Shown piece after piece: positions 28,768 through 37,656 of a DNA stretch of 64,000 bases. Made by a program: the position numbers and the translations under genes. Location: positions 3,515-67,514 of the forward strand of contig JAKALS010000001.1 of NCBI GenBank assembly GCA_021813145.1, written 5' to 3'. Under the pieces are notes generated by a model. It made no database searches, was not told where the DNA came from, and saw only the letters and a list, made by a program, of their open reading frames with translations. The stretch is from a bacterium (GTDB lineage: Bacteria; Patescibacteriota; Microgenomatia; Levybacterales; UBA12049). Positions within the stretch are counted from its first letter, which is position 1, and each line of letters starts with the position of its first letter.

Positions 28768-29483
28768 TATTTTATGTAGTAAAAATTATCAAAATTTTTA
28801 ACAAATTCCATTAAATATTTTATTTGGCTGTTGTAGTTTTTAGAGTCTCCGCTGATTTTTTTCGCAAGGTTTTCGAGGATTTGTTCTTTATCTTCAATTT
28901 TACCTTCGGAAATATTTTTACTTTTTAAGGGGATATAGATATTTCCGATTGGGAATTTCCCGTGGTTTTTTTCAATAAAGGGATTTTCGATAAAAGGTGA
29001 TTGGTAAAAATAATATCTACCGTTTTCCTTTTTTATAATCGATATGTCATCGGTTAAAAATTTATTATGTATATTTTCTATGTCCTTAAAGAAGATTTCT
29101 GCTTTACCGTTTTTTTCTATTGCTATTGATTTTAGGAATAGCGTTTCATGTTTGAGAGATAATTTAAAGAGTATAAAATTAATTACCGTTTGGAATTGAA
29201 GAGGGTTTATGGAGTAGTAGGCGTTCATGCTATTTACTCCGGTTTCTTCAAAAAAACCCAAATAATATTTTTTACCTTTTCCATTGTAAAGTAAGTCCAT
29301 TCTCTTTTTTTCTATAAAATTTATCGTGTAGTCCGGTTTGTTGTTTGGATTTTTTATGATAAATCCTTTAAAAAAATCAATAATTTCATTTTTAATAGTA
29401 TCTCTTACAAAAGGCTTTTCGCTTTTGTTAAAAACTGTTTTAATATTAAATCCGCCGATTTTAAGAGTTAGTGAATTATTCAT
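28767..29483 (-). CDS. HPr-kinase-like family protein lacking a Walker A motif (paralog of 29489-30286)
   Basis: Collinear with 29489-30286 and 48517-49332 (shared NFILF/NFVLL region and C-terminal QIKYLMEF..FDNFY). No GxxGxGKST P-loop. Confidence 0.5.
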   Translation of the reverse strand: MNNSLTLKIGGFNIKTVFNKSEKPFVRDTIKNEIIDFFKGFIIKNPNNKPDYTINFIEKKRMDLLYNGKGKKYYLGFFEETGVNSMNAYYSINPLQFQTVINFILFKLSLKHETLFLKSIAIEKNGKAEIFFKDIENIHNKFLTDDISIIKKENGRYYFYQSPFIENPFIEKNHGKFPIGNIYIPLKSKNISEGKIEDKEQILENLAKKISGDSKNYNSQIKYLMEFVKNFDNFYYIK

Positions 29484-29488
29484 ATTCC

Positions 29489-30286
29489 CTAAAGAGTATT
29501 TTCCAATAATTTTATAAGGCCCTTGCTGCTTTTTGAGAAATAGAGAAAATAAAAGTTATCGAATTCGCTTATAAACTCCATAAGATATTTTATTTGAGTA
29601 GAGTAGTGCTCGTCTCTTGTAAAGATTTGTTTTGATATTAATTTTAGAACATACTCCTTGTTTGTGATTTTTTTGATTTCAAAATGCTTAGATTTTTTTA
29701 AAAAATACACTGAATTTACGGTTGTCCCACTGGAGGTCTTGGTGATCAGGTTTTTTTCCAGGATAGGCGATTGATACAAGTTATATTTGCTTGCCTCTTT
29801 TCTAATTAATGTTATGTCATCGGATAATTTGAAATACCTGTTTTTTAAAAGGTTTGCTGTTGTTGACTTTCCCGCTCCGCTTTTGCCAAGAAAAATATAT
29901 GCCTTGTTATTAATCTTTACTGCGGAAGAATGCAAAAACAAAATTTTATTTTTTTCACTTAATCTTAAAAGTACAAAATTTACCAGCGATTGAAATTGAA
30001 AAATATTTATAAGGTAATGGGTTTTGATTCTATTTTTTTTTATTATTTCGAAAAAAGCCAGATAATATTTCGATTTATTTTTTTCGCTTAATAACTCAAG
30101 TTTTTCTTCTTCCGTTATTTCGATAATAAAGTCGGGGCTTTTAGGTTTATTCTCTATAAAGTTAGCAAAGAAATCTTCAATATTATTTTTTAAAATTTTT
30201 TTTGCAACATTTAATTCAGTCTTTTTAAATATAATCTTTATGGAAAATCCGCCCACTAAAATATTTATAATTTCGGTATTTTTCAT
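29489..30286 (-). CDS. HPr kinase/phosphorylase C-terminal-domain-like putative peptide kinase
   Basis: FLGKSGAGKSTTANLLKNRYFKLSDD matches the HprK P-loop region [25 protein letters not shown]. Confidence 0.55.
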   Translation of the reverse strand: MKNTEIINILVGGFSIKIIFKKTELNVAKKILKNNIEDFFANFIENKPKSPDFIIEITEEEKLELLSEKNKSKYYLAFFEIIKKNRIKTHYLINIFQFQSLVNFVLLRLSEKNKILFLHSSAVKINNKAYIFLGKSGAGKSTTANLLKNRYFKLSDDITLIRKEASKYNLYQSPILEKNLITKTSSGTTVNSVYFLKKSKHFEIKKITNKEYVLKLISKQIFTRDEHYSTQIKYLMEFISEFDNFYFLYFSKSSKGLIKLLENTL

Positions 30287-30335
30287 TTTGGATATTGTAC
30301 CAAATTTATTTTTAATTAAAAGAAGGGGAGAAGGC

Positions 30336-30512
30336 TTATGTTGCTTTTATAGAGCTGCTTCCGCAACCGCAAGAACTCGCTGCATATACTTTTCCTACTG
30401 CTAGTCCATTAGCAGAATCTAGAAAACGTTTATTAAAAAAGAACATAGAAAAACCTTTTACGGTTCTCCTTCTTATCTTAGGCTTAATATAACGATTTTC
30501 AACGGTCTTCAT
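30336..30512 (-). CDS. candidate RiPP precursor peptide, 58 aa (not in the supplied ORF track)
   Basis: Minus-strand ATG at 30512 translates to MKTVENRYIKPKIRRRTVKGFSMFFFNKRFLDSANGLAVGKVYAASSCGCGSSSIKAT, with stop at 30336-30338. The Cys/Ser/Gly-rich C-terminal core is typical of azoline-type substrates. Sits immediately upstream of the HprK-like/YcaO/SagB genes on the same strand. An alternative start is the second Met (36-aa product). Confidence 0.5.
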   Translation of the reverse strand: MKTVENRYIKPKIRRRTVKGFSMFFFNKRFLDSANGLAVGKVYAASSCGCGSSSIKAT

Positions 30513-30522
30513 AATAGCTATT

Positions 30523-31044
30523 TTACTTTAAAAATCTTTGTATTTCTACGCTATCCGGCATTTTGCCATCGGATGTGTGCATATCGTAAGTAGCAGTTAT
30601 TATAATACTATTTCCGGATGAAAGATCACTAAGTTTTATGGGTGTTTGAACTCCGTTTGTCAGATCATAAACTTTTACGCTTTGAGAAAGCGGGGGCATA
30701 ATGTCATATTGAGTAACTTCTTTTCCTTTTACTCCCTCTAGATGAATTGTGAGTACATTATTGTTTGCCTGGGTAGGAAGATCTACCGAAGAGACTATGC
30801 CTGTTACATTTTGAGTAAAGGTGTAAGTTGAGTTGGTCCAATAGTGGGCAGTTTTTAGGTAATCTATCATGTAATTCGTTACGGCAGGGTTTTGAATAGG
30901 GGTAGGTGTAGGAGCTGTTAAGGCCTGAGGGGGAGTGGGAACAGTCTGGGTGGGTTTATAAACAAACAGAAATACCACCTCTGCAAGAGCAGTAAAAAGA
31001 AGAGCTATAATCACAGCTAAAAATATTTTATTCAGCTTTGACAT
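30523..31044 (-). CDS. membrane-anchored protein, paralog A of the pair that flanks the RiPP operon
   Basis: MSKLNKIFLAVIIALLFTALAEVVFLFVY. Pro/Thr linker. 10 nt upstream of the precursor ORF. Confidence 0.5.
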   Translation of the reverse strand: MSKLNKIFLAVIIALLFTALAEVVFLFVYKPTQTVPTPPQALTAPTPTPIQNPAVTNYMIDYLKTAHYWTNSTYTFTQNVTGIVSSVDLPTQANNNVLTIHLEGVKGKEVTQYDIMPPLSQSVKVYDLTNGVQTPIKLSDLSSGNSIIITATYDMHTSDGKMPDSVEIQRFLK

Positions 31045-31597
31045 CAGTTTTAGAGGGCGAGCAACTCTATTATCACTTGGTAAATCCAGTGTATATAAAC
31101 TTATTATTAAAAGTCAATACCCAAGCATTCATATTTTATTTAAAAATACTTTATGCTAATATCAATTTAATTTATGTTCGAAAGCGTCAAGCAAATATTG
31201 ATCTTAAGTACAAAGTCAAAGAAAATCTGGTTGATTCCCGTTTTTTTACTTTTAATAATCATCGCACTTTTGGTAATAAGCGCTACAATTTCTCCTGTCC
31301 CCGTATTCCTTTACCCGATTATATGAAGATTTTAAGGAGAATTTCTAAAAAAATTAACGATTATTTTATTCTTATTGTTCTTTTCATTTTTTATTATCCA
31401 GTAATCGGAATTGCTTTTTTCTTCTTCAAATTGTTGTCTTTAAATAAAAAATCATCAGCTTCTTATTGGGTTAAGCCCAAAAATCAGGATTTCGATAAGA
31501 AATATTTCGAGTCACCATATTGAAGCGAGAGTCCATGTTTAAATATAAGTTTGTATTAAGCGAGCTGAAAGACATGGTTTTCGCGGAGGAGGACTAA

Positions 31598-33334
31598 ATG
31601 TATATTTTAGGAATTTCGGCTTATTATCACGATAGCGCAGCCGTTTTAATAAAAGACGGCAAAATAGTTTGCGGTGCAGAGGAGGAAAGGTTTACAAGAA
31701 AAAAACACGATAACGGTTTCCCTTTTAAAGCAATAGAATTTTGCCTTAAAGAAGCTGGTATCTCAATAAAACAGGTCAATTACGTAAGTTACTACGAAAA
31801 ACCTCTACTTAAGTTTGAAAGGTTAATGGAAACATTCGTAGAGACTTATCCGTGTTCTTTAAAAGTTTTTCTAAAAGGAATGCCCGAACATTTGGATTAT
31901 AAAATAAAAATTCAAAAAACAATAAAAGATAAATTAAAATATAAGGGCAAAGTTTATTTTGTACCGCATCATCTCTCTCATGCCGCAGCGTCTTATTATG
32001 CATCCCCTTTTAAGGACTCCGCAGTCTTAACAATAGACGGAGTAGGTGAGTATCAGACAACGGCTTTATGGAAGGGAGAGGGTAATAAGATAAATCTTCT
32101 AAAATCAATAGATTTTCCGGATTCCTTGGGGCTTTTATATTCAACATTCACAGCTTTTTTGGGTTTTAAAATAAATGACGATGAGTATAAAGTAATGGGA
32201 CTGGCCGCTTACGGAAAACCTAAATATACAAAACAAATATATAAGTTGATAGATGTTAAAGACGACGGAAGTTTTAGAATGGATCAAAGTTACTTTGCGT
32301 ATAGGGAGAGTTTTAAAATGTGGAGTAAAAAATTCGTAAAATTGTTTGGAAAACCAAGGCAACCCGAAGGGGTAATGACACAGAAACACAAGGATATTGC
32401 CGCAAGCCTTCAAAAAGTTACGGAAGAAATTTATTTCAAAATTCTCAACCACTTATACAAACAAATAAATATCAATAATCAGCAATCAGCAATCAGTAAT
32501 CTATGTTTGAGCGGTGGAGTTGCCTTAAATGCATTGGCAAACGGGAAGATATATGAAAATACGCCTTTCAAAAATATATATGTTTTCGGTGCCGCAGGGG
32601 ATAGCGGAGGGGCTTTAGGTTCTGCTTTGTTGACTTATTATTTTATCCTAGGAAAGAATAGAAGAAATAAGATTAAGGATTTATATTTTGGTTCTTCATA
32701 TTCAAATTCCGAAATAGAAAAGGAGCTTGAAGCATACGGCCTAAGCTATAGAAAGTTCAGCTCAGAAGAAAAATTGATTGCGGAAGCCGCAAAGCTTCTT
32801 TCGGAAGGTAAAATAATCGGTTGGTTTCAGGGCAAAATGGAATTTGGCCCAAGGGCATTGGGTTCCCGTTCAATCCTTTCTTCTCCGAATCCAAGAGCAA
32901 TGAAAGAAAAGGTAAACAGGATAAAGGTAAGGGAGCAGTTCAGACCCTTTGCCGGCTCAATTCTACAGGAAAAGGTAGATGAATACTTCAAGGTACCGGA
33001 AAAAACCCATTGGTCTCCTTTTATGATATTCTGCTTTATAGTAAAAAAGGACAAAAGAAAAGAGCTTGCCGCAATTGTTCACGAGGATAATACCTGCAGA
33101 GTTCAAACTGTTAACAGGAAAGATAACGGAAGATACTACAAACTTATAAACAAATACTACAATCTGACCGGAACTCCTTGCATCTTAAATACCAGCTTCA
33201 ATTTAAAAGGGGAGCCCGTTGTAGAAAATCCAAAGCAAGCCATAGAAGACTTTCTGAAAACAAAAATGGATCATCTTGTTGTTGGAGATTATTTGGTTTC
33301 TAAAAATTTTAGAAGAAATTTTTATTCAAGATGA
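31598..33334 (+). CDS. NodU/CmcH-family carbamoyltransferase
   Basis: MYILGISAYYHDSAAVLIKDGKIV...AEEERFTRKKHD N-terminal Kae1/YgjD-like fold. Collinear with O-carbamoyltransferases. Confidence 0.75.
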   Translation: MYILGISAYYHDSAAVLIKDGKIVCGAEEERFTRKKHDNGFPFKAIEFCLKEAGISIKQVNYVSYYEKPLLKFERLMETFVETYPCSLKVFLKGMPEHLDYKIKIQKTIKDKLKYKGKVYFVPHHLSHAAASYYASPFKDSAVLTIDGVGEYQTTALWKGEGNKINLLKSIDFPDSLGLLYSTFTAFLGFKINDDEYKVMGLAAYGKPKYTKQIYKLIDVKDDGSFRMDQSYFAYRESFKMWSKKFVKLFGKPRQPEGVMTQKHKDIAASLQKVTEEIYFKILNHLYKQININNQQSAISNLCLSGGVALNALANGKIYENTPFKNIYVFGAAGDSGGALGSALLTYYFILGKNRRNKIKDLYFGSSYSNSEIEKELEAYGLSYRKFSSEEKLIAEAAKLLSEGKIIGWFQGKMEFGPRALGSRSILSSPNPRAMKEKVNRIKVREQFRPFAGSILQEKVDEYFKVPEKTHWSPFMIFCFIVKKDKRKELAAIVHEDNTCRVQTVNRKDNGRYYKLINKYYNLTGTPCILNTSFNLKGEPVVENPKQAIEDFLKTKMDHLVVGDYLVSKNFRRNFYSR

Positions 33335-34890
33335 AAGTTCATTTTATTAACCTTAGGGCTATATTTTTTAAGTATAAATTAGACATCGTTTTAATTTTGT
33401 CTATTGCGGCCTTTTTCAGGCTTTATAAAATAAGAAACTACATGGAATTTCAGGGGGACGAGGGAAGGGATGCTTTAGTTGCTTATAATATATTACACGG
33501 TCATCTGACCCTCCTTGGTCCATCTGTTTCAGTTGGAGGTTTTTTTCTGGGGCCTGTTTATTACTATTTTATGGCCCCATTTTTATGGATTTTCAACTAT
33601 GATCCGGTAGGCCCAGCGGTAATGGTCGCTTTGTTTGGAATAGCTACAGTATTACTTATTTATAAAGTCGGAGGCGAATTTTTTGGCAGGAAAGCAGGAA
33701 TTATAGCATCATCACTATACGCAATTTCGCCGTTAATGATAATTTACTCGAGTTCATCCTGGAATCCTTGGCTTCTTCCTTTCTTTTCGTTGTTAGCTCT
33801 TTATACTCTTTATAAGGGCCAAATAAAAAATAAATTATTATTTTATTTGGCGACTGGTTTGTTCTTGGGAATTGCCGTACAGCTTCATTACACAGCTCTT
33901 TTTTTGCTTCCAATAGTTTTTGTATATGTCTTAATGGGAGATTTGTTTATGTCAAGAACATACAAAAAAATTATAAAGCCATTAATAATTAAATATTTAA
34001 TTTTGTTATTGGGGTATTTCATTGCGTGGTTGCCGTTTTTATTTTATGAAATAAATAATGGTTTTCCCAATTTAAGAGCAATTTTTAATTTTGTTTTAAA
34101 TACGGGAAGTAGTGGTACGAATTTTGGTATGTTTACAATATTTTATGATGTTTTTGTGAATATTTATGGCAGGTATGTTTTTGGGGCCTTTCCTCCTATA
34201 GAGTACCTAAATTTTAACGGTCAACCGTTTATACTATTAACATATCTCTTTATTTTAATCTCAATTTTTCCAAGCTTTATCCTATTAATCAATAAATGCG
34301 TCAGAGTCTGGAAAGAAAAAAACTCAGATTTTTTGAAATATAATCTCCTGTTGACTTGGTTAGTGTTGGGAGTAGGTTTTTTTAGCTTTTATAGAGGTCC
34401 TTTTATGGATCAGGTTTACGTTTTGCTTTTTCCCCTCCCATTTTTATTGGTAGCATTATTAATAAGTTTCCTTTACGAATATAAATCAAGATTTTTTCCC
34501 CAAAAAATTATAAAAGCAGTTAGTATTTTAATATTTTTAATCATAGCGATACTGAATCTAGAGAACGTCTACATAAAATATCAGCATACAGATAACGTTG
34601 GTCAAACAGAATCTGCATCGCAATTTATATTAGCAAAAGCTGGAGGACAACCTTTTGATTTTGCGTTAATAACCAACCCGCCTAATTATGATATGGCTTA
34701 CTTATATTTTTTTACTATCTTGGGAAATGCTCCGGTAAATTCAGATACAAACCAGCTTTTTGTAGTCTGTGAAAGGAAATGCAGCCCATTAAAAAATAAT
34801 TCACCCGATATAGTAAATTTTGGTAGGGCTAAAGTATTGGGGGTTTGGAAAGTTTCAGGGGTAAAAGTTTATAGATTAGTTCATTTCTGA
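33331..34890 (+). CDS. GT-C fold membrane glycosyltransferase (ArnT/PMT, GT39/GT83-like)
   Basis: About 12 transmembrane segments. N-terminal EFQGDEGRD loop resembles the conserved DE-containing periplasmic loop of the ArnT/PMT family. Confidence 0.5.
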   Translation: MKVHFINLRAIFFKYKLDIVLILSIAAFFRLYKIRNYMEFQGDEGRDALVAYNILHGHLTLLGPSVSVGGFFLGPVYYYFMAPFLWIFNYDPVGPAVMVALFGIATVLLIYKVGGEFFGRKAGIIASSLYAISPLMIIYSSSSWNPWLLPFFSLLALYTLYKGQIKNKLLFYLATGLFLGIAVQLHYTALFLLPIVFVYVLMGDLFMSRTYKKIIKPLIIKYLILLLGYFIAWLPFLFYEINNGFPNLRAIFNFVLNTGSSGTNFGMFTIFYDVFVNIYGRYVFGAFPPIEYLNFNGQPFILLTYLFILISIFPSFILLINKCVRVWKEKNSDFLKYNLLLTWLVLGVGFFSFYRGPFMDQVYVLLFPLPFLLVALLISFLYEYKSRFFPQKIIKAVSILIFLIIAILNLENVYIKYQHTDNVGQTESASQFILAKAGGQPFDFALITNPPNYDMAYLYFFTILGNAPVNSDTNQLFVVCERKCSPLKNNSPDIVNFGRAKVLGVWKVSGVKVYRLVHF

Positions 34891-35882
34891 CAGGGAATAA
34901 TATTGTTTTGGGTTAGATAATTATATAAGTCGTTTACAATTAATGTGTAGCCCTGGGAAGAAGGATGAGAATCTCCTAAATAATATTTTTGATTCTGGTA
35001 AATATTAGCCAAATTTCCATAAAAGTAAGTATGTTGCCTGTCCTTTACAAACCCGTTTATAATATTTAAGGAATTTACATCTTGTGAAGGGAAATTAAAT
35101 AATATTAATGGTCCTTTGTAATAATCATTGACGCTTTCTAAATATTTTTTTTGTAGTCTAAGAATATTTCTTTCTCCCCCAAGCGTCTGCAATATTTGCT
35201 GTTGTGCCTCCTCCCAACCTTTGTAAAAAATACCTTGTTTTTCAAGTTTAGCTTCTTCGCCGGAAGCTTGAAGTTGTGCGTCAAAGGAAGCGGTTTTGGG
35301 AATTTGCAATTCGTCTAATCTTGTCCAATCGGTGTTGATTATAAACCATAATATTAAATCAGGATTATATTTTTGCCCCCTAAGTTTATATCTTTCTACG
35401 GAATAAGCAATATCATAACCGTAGACACCAAGATTAATAACCTCAAATTTCTTGATATTTGTACATTTAAGTGAACTATTTAATTTTTTTTCAAGTTGAG
35501 AGGGGTAATTATCTTCCGTATTTACATTTTGCCCAAACGTAAAAGAATCTCCCAGCGTGACTATTCTATACACACCTGCTGACTTTGTGGCAGTATAGTT
35601 AGGGATTTGGTTTAATCCGTCTGCATTTATTTTGTATCTTATTTGGGTTCCGGCCGGGTAGCCTAATTCTACTACTAATTTAGGGTCTATAGTTTGAATA
35701 CTATTGGGTCTTGGTTCATAATAGTATTTGAATGTTGATGAATAAGGAAAGTCTATAGTTTTTGGTGATATCTCATTTATAGAAACTAAGACTGATTGGT
35801 TTTTATATAAAATATTAAATAATAGAGCAAGAACAATTATTAATTGTAACAAGATAAGAAGTATAAAAATCTTAGTTCTCAC
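34881..35882 (-). CDS. SGNH/GDSL-family hydrolase, membrane-anchored
   Basis: N-terminal transmembrane segment. IVTLGDSFTFG GDSL block. Later GxND/DxxH-like segments. Confidence 0.5.
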   Translation of the reverse strand: MRTKIFILLILLQLIIVLALLFNILYKNQSVLVSINEISPKTIDFPYSSTFKYYYEPRPNSIQTIDPKLVVELGYPAGTQIRYKINADGLNQIPNYTATKSAGVYRIVTLGDSFTFGQNVNTEDNYPSQLEKKLNSSLKCTNIKKFEVINLGVYGYDIAYSVERYKLRGQKYNPDLILWFIINTDWTRLDELQIPKTASFDAQLQASGEEAKLEKQGIFYKGWEEAQQQILQTLGGERNILRLQKKYLESVNDYYKGPLILFNFPSQDVNSLNIINGFVKDRQHTYFYGNLANIYQNQKYYLGDSHPSSQGYTLIVNDLYNYLTQNNIIPCQK

Positions 35883-35999
35883 ACCAGCTAGTTTAAATTA
35901 TAAATAAAAAAAATCAAAGAATAAATATGCAGAAAGCAGTCTTGTTGAAAGAATTTCAGATATTTATTTATTCATAGATTTATAGTAAATATATTAATA

Positions 36000-37607
36000 G
36001 TGTATAAATTTTACATAAAAACAAAGAACAGTATTAATTGGAAATATTTCTACATGATAATTTCTTTAATATCTTTAATCGTTTTTACAGCTTTTTTATA
36101 TGTTTTACACACTCAAATATTCTATGTGGCGGATGATTTCTGCTTTGCAACGTACAAACCGTTAAATATTTTAGGGGTACTTACTAATTCTCTAAACCTT
36201 TATTTTACCTGGAGCGGACGTTTTATCTATAATTTTCTAGCTTTTTATTTTTCGGGAGGGGAAGCCTTTTTATGGGAAATTCTTAATCCTATAGTTATAC
36301 TTTGGTTGTCGTTAATGATATGGATTATATCAAAGGTAAGTGAACCACGCGCAATAAGTAAAATTTCAGCCTTGCTTTTTATTTTGTTTATTTTTTTAAC
36401 TTTAAATCAAAATATCGCTAGAGAAGTACTTTACTGGATGAACGGCACGTTTTATTATTTATGGCCTATAACAATATCTTTGACATTTTTATCTTTTTGG
36501 ATTAAGTCATTTAATAAAACCAAATTTATAAATTACTCAAAATTTATATGTTTAATTACTGCAGCATTTGTTGGTAATTCTCATGAACAAACGGGGACAA
36601 TATTTGTATTTTTAACATTTGGTATATCCCTATACAAAATGAGACAGGGGTTTAGGTTAGATAGAATTCAGTTTATAACATTGTTAATATTGTTAGCCGG
36701 TTTCGTTTTACTTATCTTGGCGCCTGGAAATTTTGTCAGGCTTGGTGATAGTTTACGCAGTAATGGACTTTATTTTTCCGGGGGAATAATTTCAAATCTA
36801 AATATAAGACTTATCGGAATATTGTCAGTTATTTTTTACTCATCGACTGGCAGTATGTTTTTGAGTTTATTCTCAATTTTGTTTTTACTTGCGGTAATTA
36901 ATTTGATTTTCTCGAAGATATTAAGCAATATGATCCATAAATACATATTAGTTTTATTGTTAAGCATATCTTGCCTTGTTTCTTTTTTAATAAATCCTGA
37001 TATAACTTGGAAAATTCTTATGCCAGTTAGGACAATTTTTGGTACTTTTTTTGCCAATTACAATGTTTTCGATGTTCAAGCTGTTCCTACACAAATTTTT
37101 TGGACAATATCTTTATTCTCGTTGATGGATTTTGGGTATATATTAAGTAGGTATGATAAATCACCAATATTTTTTTATACTATAGTTTCCACAATTTTAT
37201 CTCAATTAATAATGATTGTCTTCCCCTATAGCGCTTATAGGTCTTTTTTTATTACAGTTGTTTTTATAGTCATAGCAATATCCTATCTAATTCAAAGGCT
37301 TGATGTAAGATTTATTAATCTGATTATTTTTTCAAGCTGTATGATGCTTTTTATTGGAGGTTTATTATATTATCGGCAATTAATTGAAGGTTATCGTAAT
37401 AACAATTTGATAATGACGAATAATGAAAAGATTATAAAAGAGTATAAGAATAATAATTCAGCTTCACCGCTTGTTCTAAAACGATTAGCAAATGATATGT
37501 ACGGTTTTAATATGCCTTATATTAATGGATATGATTACGAACTTATATGTATTAGAGATTATTATGGCTTAAAGAAAAATGTAAAGTTTTCTTGGATACG
37601 TAAGTGA
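36000..37607 (+). CDS. polytopic membrane protein, probable GT-C-like glycosyltransferase
   Basis: More than 12 hydrophobic segments. Located inside the glycan island. No definitive motif. Confidence 0.4.
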   Translation: MYKFYIKTKNSINWKYFYMIISLISLIVFTAFLYVLHTQIFYVADDFCFATYKPLNILGVLTNSLNLYFTWSGRFIYNFLAFYFSGGEAFLWEILNPIVILWLSLMIWIISKVSEPRAISKISALLFILFIFLTLNQNIAREVLYWMNGTFYYLWPITISLTFLSFWIKSFNKTKFINYSKFICLITAAFVGNSHEQTGTIFVFLTFGISLYKMRQGFRLDRIQFITLLILLAGFVLLILAPGNFVRLGDSLRSNGLYFSGGIISNLNIRLIGILSVIFYSSTGSMFLSLFSILFLLAVINLIFSKILSNMIHKYILVLLLSISCLVSFLINPDITWKILMPVRTIFGTFFANYNVFDVQAVPTQIFWTISLFSLMDFGYILSRYDKSPIFFYTIVSTILSQLIMIVFPYSAYRSFFITVVFIVIAISYLIQRLDVRFINLIIFSSCMMLFIGGLLYYRQLIEGYRNNNLIMTNNEKIIKEYKNNNSASPLVLKRLANDMYGFNMPYINGYDYELICIRDYYGLKKNVKFSWIRK

Positions 37608-37656
37608 ATTCCAAGGGTTAAAATTTTTAGTTGGTTCATTACCCGGGTATATAGAG

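Noticed and set aside
31038-31523. ORF 31038-31523 (+), 161 aa, in the divergent region between the RiPP operon and the carbamoyltransferase
   Set aside because: Very AT-rich, low-complexity translation that overlaps the end of 30523-31044. Only the last about 66 codons (MKILRRISKKINDYFILIVLFIFYYPVIGIAFFFFKLL...) look like a possible small membrane peptide. Not enough support to call.
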